DNA of 64,000 bases from Myxococcales bacterium (GCA_043747615.1 JAYTOU010000060.1:128001-192000); one strand, 5' to 3'. Positions 37,760 to 47,447 are shown, counted from the stretch's first letter. Numbers and translations are program-made. The notes: generated by a model not told the origin, from the sequence alone.

Positions 37760-40020
37760 CCTCTATTTGCTGGGCTTCGTTTTCCATCGTCTCGACGACG
37801 CTCCTCGTCAGTGCGTGCACCTCGTGCCATCGCGAAGAGTGGCCCGGAATCAACGGGACCGCGGCGCCGGTGGCCACCCAGTCATTTCCGGCGGGCTCCG
37901 TGGTGCCAGGTGCCGGATCGGTCGAGCCGCTCACTGCACTCCCCGCTGGACGCTCGCGCATTCTCCTCTCCGACGAGCGCATGCAAACGATGAAGGCGCT
38001 CGCCAAGGGCAACCATCCGACGTGGGGCAAGGTCGTCAGGCGCTGCAAGGAGGGCAGCGACGCATCGATCGACAGCGGCTACGAAGGCTGGGACTGGGCC
38101 GAGGTGATGCTCGCCTGCGCTCTTCTCTACAAGACGACAGGCAACGACGGTAACGCGAAGACCGCGCTCAAATATTTCAATGCACTGATGGACGATCGGC
38201 TGAAGGTCGGCGACGGCAAGGGCGGCGACGAGATCGTGCGTCACGACAGTGGGTACCCGATCCGCACCTACGGATTTCTCGGCGCCATCGGCTACGACTG
38301 GCTCCGCGACGCGCCCGGCATGTCGATCGAGCTGAAAAAAAAGGCGATCGGTCGCTTCGTGTCCTGGACGTCGTGGTTCAAGGAGAAGGGCTACCATCAC
38401 GATTTCGCGATCTCGAACTACTACGCGGGCTACTTCGGAACGATCGCCATGGCGGGCATCGCCGGCGAAGGAGATGACCCTCGCGCGACCGATCTTCGCA
38501 AGCGCGCCCACGAAATGTTCCTCAAGGAGATCGTCCCCGAGTTCAAGAAGATCCATGGAGGGCAATGGCCCGAGGGTTGGCAGTACGGCGGGTTGGTCGT
38601 GAACGTGCTCTCGATTTACGCAGACGCCGAGACGCGCACGAACCCGAACAAGCCGCTCTTAGAGGAGCTCCCCTGGTTGAAAGAGATGGTCGCCTATCGC
38701 AACCACGCTCTGCTTCCCGACGCGAAGCATCTCTACGACAACGGCGACTGGAGCGTGAAGCCCGCGCTCGCGACTCCCGCCGAAATGTTCGGTGCCATCG
38801 TCGCTCTGAAGTCCAGCGATCCGCTCTCCAAGAATGCGCGCGGTCTCGCCAAGCTTGCGAAGGTCGGAAAAGAAAACGACGTTGCGATGGCCTGGCTCGA
38901 GGCGCTGGCCGAAGATCCCTCGCAAGAGTCGATCGATCCGCGAAAAGGCGAAACGAGCTATTTTGCGCGCGGAACTGGCGAAGTCTTCGGGCGCACCGAC
39001 TGGTCGACGAACGCCACGTGGGTGTCGCTCCAGTCCGGTCCGGTGTTCTCGGATCATCAACACGCCGATCAAGGGCACTTCGAGGTCGTGCGCGGAGCCG
39101 ACGCGCTCATCGTCGATCCCGGCGCCTACGGAGCGTTCTCCACCGCGAGCCACAACACGATCCTCGTCGACGACAACGGCGACGCGATGAACTACCCACC
39201 GAACCAGAGTCCCATCGCTCTCCAGGCAAAAATTGCCCGCTTCGAAGACAAGGGGCCCTTCGTCTACGCCCTCGCCGATTTCGGATCGGCGTACACGCCG
39301 ATGCACTACGAGGAAGACAAAAAAAAATCGGTGAACCGCGCCGAGCGTGAGCTCGTGTTCTCGCGATCGCCCGTCGGCGCAGCGGCTAATTCGGCGAGGG
39401 TCGTGATCTACGATCGGATAACTGTGACCAAGGGCGCGTACGCCGTGACGTGGGCTGCGCATTCGTGGGCGGAAGCCAAGTTGCAAGGACCCGCCGTGCG
39501 CGTTTCAGCGGGTAAATCTGCGGCAACGGTGACGACCCTCATCCCGATCGGTCAGTCGCCGACGCTCGTGAGTGAGCCGCACTCGAAGAGCACGGACGCT
39601 TGGTACAACAACGAGGTCGCCGACGGGATGAAGTCGATCCGCATCGAGGTCGCGTCACCGAAGGGTGAAACGGAAAGACGCTTTCTCCACGCCATCGTGG
39701 TCGGCGCGGCGGCAGACAAGGCCGTCGTTCCCACGCTCATCGCCGGCACGGGGGTCGACGGCGCAGCTATCGACGACGAGGCGTACGTGTTCACCAGCGG
39801 AAAACCGCACACGGAAGTCGTCGCTGTTTCCTACAAGGTGCCCGCCCTTGCGATCCGTCACCTGATCGTCGGCCTCGCTCCTAGCGGGAAATACGCAGTG
39901 TCCGTCACCAAAGAAGGAGGCACGGACTGCAACGTTTCGCTCGCGCCCGGCGGCCCTGTCAGCGCAAGCGCAGCGGGAACGCTAGCCATCGACACCCATG
40001 CATGCGCGCTCGATAAGTGA
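37756..40020 (+). CDS. Heparinase II/III-like polysaccharide lyase, probable lipoprotein
   Basis: Signal/lipobox; alpha-toroid motifs AIGYDWL, SNYY, WPEGWQYG; RTDWS, HQHADQGHF, HNTILVD. Confidence 0.75.
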   Translation: MTSICWASFSIVSTTLLVSACTSCHREEWPGINGTAAPVATQSFPAGSVVPGAGSVEPLTALPAGRSRILLSDERMQTMKALAKGNHPTWGKVVRRCKEGSDASIDSGYEGWDWAEVMLACALLYKTTGNDGNAKTALKYFNALMDDRLKVGDGKGGDEIVRHDSGYPIRTYGFLGAIGYDWLRDAPGMSIELKKKAIGRFVSWTSWFKEKGYHHDFAISNYYAGYFGTIAMAGIAGEGDDPRATDLRKRAHEMFLKEIVPEFKKIHGGQWPEGWQYGGLVVNVLSIYADAETRTNPNKPLLEELPWLKEMVAYRNHALLPDAKHLYDNGDWSVKPALATPAEMFGAIVALKSSDPLSKNARGLAKLAKVGKENDVAMAWLEALAEDPSQESIDPRKGETSYFARGTGEVFGRTDWSTNATWVSLQSGPVFSDHQHADQGHFEVVRGADALIVDPGAYGAFSTASHNTILVDDNGDAMNYPPNQSPIALQAKIARFEDKGPFVYALADFGSAYTPMHYEEDKKKSVNRAERELVFSRSPVGAAANSARVVIYDRITVTKGAYAVTWAAHSWAEAKLQGPAVRVSAGKSAATVTTLIPIGQSPTLVSEPHSKSTDAWYNNEVADGMKSIRIEVASPKGETERRFLHAIVVGAAADKAVVPTLIAGTGVDGAAIDDEAYVFTSGKPHTEVVAVSYKVPALAIRHLIVGLAPSGKYAVSVTKEGGTDCNVSLAPGGPVSASAAGTLAIDTHACALDK

Positions 40021-40116
40021 GCTAGAGTTAGGGCGGAAGGCGCCGAGTGAAACTCCCGAGCGCGCTGGAACCATCGCTCACCGCGCGGGCGAAGAAGGCT
40101 AAAAAAAAGTCACCCG

Positions 40117-41070
40117 CTACACGCTGGTGAACATGCGGAAGGCGGCGACGGTCTTCTTGAGGCCCGCTTTGACGTCGACCTTGGGCTCGTAGCCAATCAG
40201 CTTCCGGGCGGCGCTGATGTCGGCCAGCGAATCGCGGACGTCGCCGGCGCGCTCCGGACGGTAGTCGGGGTCGAAGGTGGTTCCCGTCTCTTCGCCGATG
40301 CACGTGAGGAGCGTGTTGAGAGAGATCCGCTCGCCGCATGCGACGTTGACGACCTCACCCGAGAGCTTGTTCTTCGTGCTCGCCGCGAGAAGATTCGCCG
40401 ACACCGTGTTCTCGATGTAGCAAAAATCACGGGTCTGCTCGCCGTCGCCGAAGACGATGGGACGCGTTTTTTTCAGGCCTGCGGTGATGAAGTTGGGGAT
40501 GACCGCCGCGTAGTGGCTGGTCGGATCTTGCTTCGGACCGAAGACGTTGAAGTACCGCAGACTGAGCGTTTCAATGCCGTAGAGCGAGGCGAAGACGCGA
40601 AGCATGTGCTCGCAGGTGAGCTTCGAGACCGCGTACGGCGAGAGCGGCGCCGGGTTCATGGTCTCCACCTTCGGGAGCTCCTTCGTATTTCCGTAGGCCG
40701 AGGAGCTCGCCGCGAAGATCAGCCGCTTCACGCCCGCCTGCCGCGCCATGTCGAGCACGACGGTCGTCCCTTGCACCCCGACGTGCACCGAACGCTGCGG
40801 ATTTTCGACGGAGCGCGCGACGGATGGAATCGCCGCCTCGTGAAAGACGATCTCGACCCCCTCCATGCATTTCTTCACGGTCTCAGGGTCCACGATCGTT
40901 CCCTCGACGATCTCAAGCTTGCCTTTCAGCTCCTGGAGGTTGGCCAGGTTCTGCCGCCGCCCGGAAGAAAAGTCGTCGAGGATGCGCACCGTCTCGCCCG
41001 CCTTGAGGAGCTCCTCTGCGAGGGAAGAACCAACGAAGCCCGCACCGCCCGTCACCAGATACGTCGTCAT
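40117..41070 (-). CDS. NAD-dependent UDP-sugar 4-epimerase (WbpP-like SDR)
   Basis: TGGAGFVGS, HEAAIPSV, ASSSAYG, SPYAVSK, RYFNVFGPKQDP, GDGEQTRDF. Confidence 0.92.
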   Translation of the reverse strand: MTTYLVTGGAGFVGSSLAEELLKAGETVRILDDFSSGRRQNLANLQELKGKLEIVEGTIVDPETVKKCMEGVEIVFHEAAIPSVARSVENPQRSVHVGVQGTTVVLDMARQAGVKRLIFAASSSAYGNTKELPKVETMNPAPLSPYAVSKLTCEHMLRVFASLYGIETLSLRYFNVFGPKQDPTSHYAAVIPNFITAGLKKTRPIVFGDGEQTRDFCYIENTVSANLLAASTKNKLSGEVVNVACGERISLNTLLTCIGEETGTTFDPDYRPERAGDVRDSLADISAARKLIGYEPKVDVKAGLKKTVAAFRMFTSV

Positions 41071-41303
41071 TTTCCCCTCCAGCCTACTCCCCCGACCATC
41101 CGATGCGTCGAGTCCGTTTTTCGAGTCGAATGCCCACAAAAACGCCGGCGGACGCAAGCCCATGCAGCGTGACCCCAGGAAATGCCGGCTTGTTCTGCAA
41201 ATGAGCGAGCCTTTATGCTCGATGGAGCATCTATACCTGGATGCGCCCCCCCAGTTCGGTCGACAAAGCGCGTATCTTACCTTCCTTGAGACAGACAGTT
41301 CGC

Positions 41304-42947
41304 ATGAACGCCTCTTTTCGCCCGCCTCCCATCGCGGCCGCCTCGGCACAAGCTCCGACGCCGCCCGAGCAGTCTCCCCGCGAACGAATCGCAAGGGCGC
41401 GGTCGCTCGCCCGGCGGACCCGCGCCTACTGGAAGATGTCGGCGCTCCTCTTCGTCTTGGGCTGCGTCATCGCGGTCGGCGTGGCCTTCACGGTCAAGCG
41501 CATCTACCGCTCGGAGTGCGTGGTCCTCGTGAAGCCGGCCATGAAGACGGACGACCGAGACGAGTCGCCTTCGGAGAAAGCCCTGAAGCTCGCGCCGAAG
41601 CTGAAAGACACGCTCCTCACGAGGTCGCGTCTCGAGCCGATCATCAAGGAATTTCACCTCTACCCGACGACTGTTGAATCGAAGGGGATGATCGACGCCA
41701 TCGAGGAGATGCGCCTGCACATCGGGCTTCGCGGGAGAGACAGCGAGACCTTCGTGATCTCCTTCGAGGCCGAGGATCCCGAAGAGACGCGGGCGGTGAC
41801 CCAACGCCTGGCCGACACCACGATGGCCGATTTCAAGAAGACGAACCTGAGCGCCACCCGCCAGCAGGCTGATTTCCTCGCGACCGAGGAGCAGCGATCC
41901 GAGCAGGAGATCGAGAACGCCAACAAGGCGCTCGCCACGTTCCTCGCGGCGCACCCGGAATTTGCGGCCGACACGTTGAACTCACCCTTCACGCCTCAGC
42001 GCAACGGCGTTCCCGGTGGGGTTGCTCCCGGGCAAATCACGAACATTCCTGCGCAACCGAACGCCCCGATGGATCCGCAGCTCGCCGCACTCTACCGCCA
42101 GAAATCGCGCATCGAGGCGGAGATCAAGGCAGGGGCCGCGGGCAGCGGCGGTGCCGTTCAGGCCCCCGCGAACGAGACCGTCGCGAGCCTCACCAAGGCG
42201 CGAGACGACGCGGCGAGAAAGGCGGCGGGGGCGCAAGCCGAGCTCGCCGATAAACGAACACACCTGACCGAGCAGCATCCCGACGTGGTCGCGGCGCGGA
42301 CCCTAGCGGACCAGGCTGCGCGCGCGTTGCACGTCGCCGAGGCCCAGCTCGAGTCCGCGAAAGCGGGTGGCGCGCCCACCCCGGTGGACACCAACGGAGC
42401 ATCACCCGAGCTTCAAAAGAAGCTCACCGAGGTCAGTCAGCAAATCGGGCTTCGTAACGCGGAGGTCGCGCGACGGGGAGCGGCGCCGGCGAACGCGGTC
42501 GATCCCAAGCCGGCGGAGACGATGAATCCACTCGTCGCGCTGGAGACGGACTGGGCGCGGCTCCTTCGCGCGACGAGCGATGCGAAGGCGGCACACGACG
42601 AGATCCAGCGCCGCACGGAGCGCGCGAAGCTCCACGCGAGCGCCGCGGAGGCTACCAGCGCAGATCAGATGGAGGTCATCGATCCCGCGTACAAACCCAC
42701 CAGGCCCGCACGCGGTGGACGAACGAACGCTGCGCTCATCGGCGCCGCCATCGCCCTCATCGTCTCTGTCGGATATGCCTTTTTGCGGGTTCTCTTCAAC
42801 GACACCATCATCGACGCGGCCGACATCGAGGCTCTCCAGCTCATTCCGGTGCTCGGAATCATGCCGAGGCTGCCTCCGGGAGCAGGCGGACCGAATGAAA
42901 ATCCCAACCGGGACATGACACCTGGAGGATCACCGCGTGTCGCCTGA
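41304..42947 (+). CDS. Polysaccharide co-polymerase (PCP/Wzc/GumC family)
   Basis: TM1, long coiled coil with LTEQHPDVVA, MEVIDPAYKP, TM2, DTIIDAADIE...PVLGIMP. Confidence 0.85.
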   Translation: MNASFRPPPIAAASAQAPTPPEQSPRERIARARSLARRTRAYWKMSALLFVLGCVIAVGVAFTVKRIYRSECVVLVKPAMKTDDRDESPSEKALKLAPKLKDTLLTRSRLEPIIKEFHLYPTTVESKGMIDAIEEMRLHIGLRGRDSETFVISFEAEDPEETRAVTQRLADTTMADFKKTNLSATRQQADFLATEEQRSEQEIENANKALATFLAAHPEFAADTLNSPFTPQRNGVPGGVAPGQITNIPAQPNAPMDPQLAALYRQKSRIEAEIKAGAAGSGGAVQAPANETVASLTKARDDAARKAAGAQAELADKRTHLTEQHPDVVAARTLADQAARALHVAEAQLESAKAGGAPTPVDTNGASPELQKKLTEVSQQIGLRNAEVARRGAAPANAVDPKPAETMNPLVALETDWARLLRATSDAKAAHDEIQRRTERAKLHASAAEATSADQMEVIDPAYKPTRPARGGRTNAALIGAAIALIVSVGYAFLRVLFNDTIIDAADIEALQLIPVLGIMPRLPPGAGGPNENPNRDMTPGGSPRVA

Positions 42948-43719
42948 GGACGGAGCTTGGGATTCGTCGCAAACGCTCATCGCTTCGCAAGTGGCGATCG
43001 TCCCGTCATCATCGGGAGGGCATGATTCGCCTGTACGGGTAGTGCCAGCCTGGGCCTCCCCGCCGGACACCCACGTGCTCGTCATGCTCGGAGACTCTGC
43101 GCCCGAGGCGACCGCCGCTCTCCGCGTAATCCGTCATCGCCTCGAGCAAAAGCGCGCCGACGGGATGTGGATTTTTGGGATCACCAGCGCGCGCGACGGT
43201 GAGGGGAAGAGCACCTTCGCGACGCAAATGGCCCTTGTTTTGTCAGAGTCCCAGCGCGCACGCGTGCTCCTCGTGGAGGCGAATTTCGCCCGCCCGAGCC
43301 TCGCGCGCCTGCTCGGATTTCGTGTGCCGGAGGGGAACGGCTTTTCCACTCAGATCGTCCGCAAGATGCGCGGGAGCCTCGAGCCTTGGTGCGTCGTCGC
43401 GCTCGGCCCTGCGCTCCACGTCCTCGCGGAGGCCGAAAGTGAGCCCGGCTTTCCAGAGACGCTCCATTCCACGCATTTCCAGAATGCCATCGGATTTCTC
43501 GGCCGCGGCTACGACTTCTTGGTCGTGGACTCCCCGAGCATCCTCGGCTCAGGCGACGCAAACGTCGTCGAGAATGCGGTCGACGGTCTCATCGTCATCA
43601 CCCGCAGCCACCATTCCAAGGGCTCCGATCTTCGCGAGGCGGTGAAGCAGATCGGCGAACGCAAGACGGTGGGCGTCGTCATGTGGGACGCGGAGCCGAA
43701 GAGCAACGGCAAAAGGTAA
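42937..43719 (+). CDS. BY-kinase-family protein (CpsD/CapB/Wze), probably a pseudokinase
   Basis: ITSARDGEGKST Walker A; VLLVEANFARP (degenerate A'); LVVDSP Walker B; no Tyr-rich tail. Confidence 0.82.
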   Translation: MSPEDGAWDSSQTLIASQVAIVPSSSGGHDSPVRVVPAWASPPDTHVLVMLGDSAPEATAALRVIRHRLEQKRADGMWIFGITSARDGEGKSTFATQMALVLSESQRARVLLVEANFARPSLARLLGFRVPEGNGFSTQIVRKMRGSLEPWCVVALGPALHVLAEAESEPGFPETLHSTHFQNAIGFLGRGYDFLVVDSPSILGSGDANVVENAVDGLIVITRSHHSKGSDLREAVKQIGERKTVGVVMWDAEPKSNGKR

Positions 43720-44900
43720 TGCGGCCTCCCGCCTTGTGGCAGCTCGATCCGCGAGCGCTTCCCGGTCCGCTCCGAAAGCTCGGGGCAAAGGAGCTGCATC
43801 TGTGGGTCGGGGCCTGGCTCTATGACCGCGCACGAAAGCTCGCAACGACACGGGCGCAGGGGACCAAGCACCTTCTCTTCGCGCTGTGCGATCACTACGA
43901 GCCGCTCCACGGAAACGCGTCGATGGAAGTCGGTATCGAGCGGGTCCGAGCGTGGCGCACCCGCTATCCCGAAATGGCGAAAGGCTTTCGTGACCACTCC
44001 GGTCGCCCTCCGCAGCACTCCTATTTTTTCCCCGGTGAGCAGTACGATCCGCGGCTGATCGAGCCGCTCGGTGAGCTATGCGAGCTCGGCCTCGGGGAGG
44101 TCGAGGTGCACCTCCATCACGACGGCGACACCCGCGAGACACTCCGCGCGTCGCTCGAGCAAACGCTCGAAGACCTCGGACGCCACGGCGTCATCTCCCA
44201 GAAGAACGGCAAAGCAGCCTGGTCGTTCATTCATGGCAACTGGTGTCTCGCAAACGCGCGGCGCGATGGCCGCTGGTGCGGCGTCGACGACGAGATGACG
44301 CTCCTCCATGAGCTTGGCTGCTACGCCGATCTCACCTTTCCGAGCGCTCCCGATCAATGCCAGCCCGGCATCGTGAACCAGATTTATTATCCGACGGGCG
44401 ATCCCGCGCGACGCCGCGCCTACGAATCGGGCCACGCCGTTCGCGTCGGAACGCCCAAGGAACAGCGCCTGCTGATGATCGAAGGCCCCATTGCTCTCGC
44501 ACGCAGACCTCGCTCACGCTCCATTCGGATCGAGAGTGGAGCCATCGATGCCTCCGATCCGCCAAGCGCGGAGCGCCTGCGAACCTGGGTCGATCAGCAG
44601 GTGGGGGTCGAAGGAAAACCAGAGTGGGTCTTCGTCAAAGTGCACACCCACGGCGCGCCGGAGGCGAACGCGGAGGTCATGCTCGGCGAGAAAATCGGCG
44701 CCCTCCACCGGGCACTCGCTGCAACCTACAACGACGGTTCGCAGTGGAAGCTCCACTACGTAACCGCGCGCGAGATGTACAACGTGGCCCGAGCCGCGAT
44801 GGACGGCATGAACGGCTCGCCGGACACGTACTACGACTACGAGATCCCGCCCCCTCCGCGAAAATCAGCCGCGTGGACAAAAGTTGGCCGCGCCGGCTGA
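43719..44900 (+). CDS. Uncharacterised His-rich enzyme, possibly deacetylase/hydrolase fold
   Basis: TAATG coupling to the upstream gene; motifs CDHYEP, EVHLHH, FIHGNW, GCYADLTFPSAP, FVKVHTHG, LHYVTAREMYN. Confidence 0.75.
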   Translation: MRPPALWQLDPRALPGPLRKLGAKELHLWVGAWLYDRARKLATTRAQGTKHLLFALCDHYEPLHGNASMEVGIERVRAWRTRYPEMAKGFRDHSGRPPQHSYFFPGEQYDPRLIEPLGELCELGLGEVEVHLHHDGDTRETLRASLEQTLEDLGRHGVISQKNGKAAWSFIHGNWCLANARRDGRWCGVDDEMTLLHELGCYADLTFPSAPDQCQPGIVNQIYYPTGDPARRRAYESGHAVRVGTPKEQRLLMIEGPIALARRPRSRSIRIESGAIDASDPPSAERLRTWVDQQVGVEGKPEWVFVKVHTHGAPEANAEVMLGEKIGALHRALAATYNDGSQWKLHYVTAREMYNVARAAMDGMNGSPDTYYDYEIPPPPRKSAAWTKVGRAG

Positions 44901-44920
44901 AGGCGGCGATATTCCCAGCA

Positions 44921-45247
44921 ATGGACAGCATGAGCGATTTCGGGCGCAGCTCGCTTCCCAAGAAACCCTGCGTGGTGTGCGGCGCGAACGATGCGCGCGG
45001 AGCGGCTACCACCCGGCTCTCTACGGGCGAACTGGTGGTCGTATGTGGCTCGCACGAGCTCATGCACCGGCGCTCGTCGAAGACGGCGCGATCGGTGAGC
45101 GATCTCAAATCACTTCTTCAAGATCGGAGGAGCATGCGCGATCGACGTTCGCTCCGGAGCGGCGAAGAGGGCGACGAGCTCGGTGCCCAGCTGTCGGAGG
45201 CGTTCGCCATCGATCAGCGCGACGCAAGTGACCGCCGTACGGGCTGA
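44921..45247 (+). CDS. Small putative zinc-binding protein
   Basis: CVVCG...VVVCGSH; basic DRR repeats. Confidence 0.65.
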   Translation: MDSMSDFGRSSLPKKPCVVCGANDARGAATTRLSTGELVVVCGSHELMHRRSSKTARSVSDLKSLLQDRRSMRDRRSLRSGEEGDELGAQLSEAFAIDQRDASDRRTG

Positions 45248-45300
45248 CTTTCCAGCTTTGCGAAGCGAGGTCTCAGCGCGGGAGAGATCGCTGCCGATTT

Positions 45301-46812
45301 TTACTGCAGGTGGCGCTGTAAGAGAGTCAGCATTTTTCGGTCGAGCTTGTGACCGTGAAACGGCTCGTAGGCGACGTCGGCGCGCTCCGAATCCAGGATT
45401 CCAAACTCTCCGCGGAAGTTCCAGAGAGCCCAGCCCCAGCCGGCTTTTTTCCAGGTGCTGAGCTCGTCTTCCATCCACGCGAGGACCGCTCCATGCGGCG
45501 CTTTGTGGAAGGCTCCGAACTCTCCGACGAAGACGCGAACGCCGTTGTGCTCGACTTCCTTCCAGGGAACAAGTCCGCTCGCGAGCCATGCACGGTCGAT
45601 CATCGGAGTGCGCTCCGGGTCGACGGAGCCATCGAGCTTCAGATGGACGACGCCCTGCTTGGCTGTGAAGTCTTCGGTCGTCGCGCTCAGGTGCGACTGG
45701 CCTATGGCGATCGATGAGAACGAGAGCCAGTCGCCGTCTTCGACGGAGAGCTCGATCGCATTCGTGCCGGCAGGAATGTCGACGACGTAATCCCGATCAT
45801 AGATATTTTGATAAGTAGACCACTCGGGTTTGAAGACGACTTTCTTCCACTCTCCTTCTCCGGGGCCTGGCGCGAACGTCTTTTTCCACACCGGTGCACC
45901 GTTGGCCTTGATCTCCAGGTGCGCACGGGTCGAGACCTGCAGCACATGCAGGGTGAGCGTGGTCGCGATCGGAAACGCTCCCTCGATGCGCAAGGGGCTC
46001 TTCAGCTCCGGTTTCTGGCTCCCGAAGATCAGACGATTGACGTTCGGCATGGGCCACTCCGGAATCGGAAAATCCGTGCTCGTCGGATCCCAGTGGGTGA
46101 GCTGCCTCGGCGCGTAACCGCGGGTCGCTTGAATGACGGGGAGATCACTCAGCGTCGGTAGCGGTTGCTCGGCGTACTTCAAACCATCGACGATGATGGG
46201 TCGCTTCGGATCGATCTCCCAGATCGCATGACTCACGGAGCGCACGAGCTTCCCATACGTGGCGGCATCGACGCCCGCAGGCTCATTCAAAAGATTGAAC
46301 GAGAGATCCTCCGCCGGAGTGCCTCGGTAGCGAAGGGCGAGGCTCGTCCACTGGTAACGAAAGGCCTCTTGCGCCTCGAGGTCCGTCCAGAGGCTTCGCT
46401 CTTCGGGCGGACGCGCCACGGTGTATCCGGGTGCGCGGTGAAGATTCAAACAGACATGAAGATCGTATTTCTGCCCCCACGCGACGGCTTCGTCGATCCG
46501 CGTCAGGCTCCGTTCGTCGAGCTTGTGCCAATTTTTTTCGTCCGTCCAAATTCGGTAGTCCATTGGTAGACGAACGAAGTTGAATCCGAGCTCGTGAATC
46601 CATTTGAAATCATCTTCGTTGAATGCGCTCGTGGCTTGCTCTTTCCGGAACATGCCGAGCAGGTTGAAACCGCGCCACCGCGCGCTGTTCGGTGAGTCGT
46701 CGTGCCGAGCCTGATGCGCCGCTTCGTTTGGTACATGCGCTGGTGCACGTGTGGGATGGGCACCGCAGCCCAGCAGCAGGCCCAAAAGGATCCGTGTGCG
46801 GTGACGTCGCAT
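45301..46812 (-). CDS. Glycoside hydrolase family 5 lipoprotein
   Basis: Lipobox LLGC; WRGFNL, GFNFVRLPMDY, LNLHRAPGY, LLNEP, VGEFG, GWALWNFRG. Confidence 0.88.
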   Translation of the reverse strand: MRRHRTRILLGLLLGCGAHPTRAPAHVPNEAAHQARHDDSPNSARWRGFNLLGMFRKEQATSAFNEDDFKWIHELGFNFVRLPMDYRIWTDEKNWHKLDERSLTRIDEAVAWGQKYDLHVCLNLHRAPGYTVARPPEERSLWTDLEAQEAFRYQWTSLALRYRGTPAEDLSFNLLNEPAGVDAATYGKLVRSVSHAIWEIDPKRPIIVDGLKYAEQPLPTLSDLPVIQATRGYAPRQLTHWDPTSTDFPIPEWPMPNVNRLIFGSQKPELKSPLRIEGAFPIATTLTLHVLQVSTRAHLEIKANGAPVWKKTFAPGPGEGEWKKVVFKPEWSTYQNIYDRDYVVDIPAGTNAIELSVEDGDWLSFSSIAIGQSHLSATTEDFTAKQGVVHLKLDGSVDPERTPMIDRAWLASGLVPWKEVEHNGVRVFVGEFGAFHKAPHGAVLAWMEDELSTWKKAGWGWALWNFRGEFGILDSERADVAYEPFHGHKLDRKMLTLLQRHLQ

Positions 46813-46867
46813 GAGGGCCATACGCGAGTGATTGTGGACGCTACGGCAGCAGCCACCTACGATTGAA

Positions 46868-47425
46868 ATGGGGGGCTCTAAAACAAATGAACCCGCCGCA
46901 TCCCGAGGTCGCTCAGTGAGCACGGATCCCAGAGACGACGAGCCGCGCCCCAGTGACCGGCCCACGGAGATCCCTGAGTTCGATCTGCAGAAGTTCGCCC
47001 GGCGCGATGTCGATCGGTCCACGGACCCGGAGGTGCAGGTCACGGCGGAGACCGATCCGCGTCTCCTCAAGCTCGCTGAAACGCTGGAGATCCGTCAGTA
47101 CGATGCAGCGCAGGTGCTCGCCCGCGACATCCTGAAGACCCGCCCCAACGACATCATTGCTCTTACGTGCATTCAGGAGTGCAGCGCGGGGCTGGAGGCG
47201 CTCCACGCTTTTTCGACCGCGGCACTCGACAAGGTCCCCTCTGCGGCGATCGGCGGTCCTCCCATTCACGATCTGCGGCTCGATCACCGGGCGGGCTTCC
47301 TGCTCTCGCTCATCGACGGCGTGTCTCCGATTTCCACCATCTTGGACATGTGCCCGCTGGCACGGGGCGAAGCGCTCGCGGTGCTCTTCGCGTTGGTCGA
47401 GGACCGAATCATTGTCCTCGCCTGA
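46868..47425 (+). CDS. Hypothetical protein with C-terminal winged-helix-like domain
   Basis: LDHRAGFLLSLIDGVSPISTILDM...EALAVLFALVEDRII. Confidence 0.7.
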   Translation: MGGSKTNEPAASRGRSVSTDPRDDEPRPSDRPTEIPEFDLQKFARRDVDRSTDPEVQVTAETDPRLLKLAETLEIRQYDAAQVLARDILKTRPNDIIALTCIQECSAGLEALHAFSTAALDKVPSAAIGGPPIHDLRLDHRAGFLLSLIDGVSPISTILDMCPLARGEALAVLFALVEDRIIVLA

Positions 47426-47447
47426 CCACGCGACGTAGCCTCGGTCG

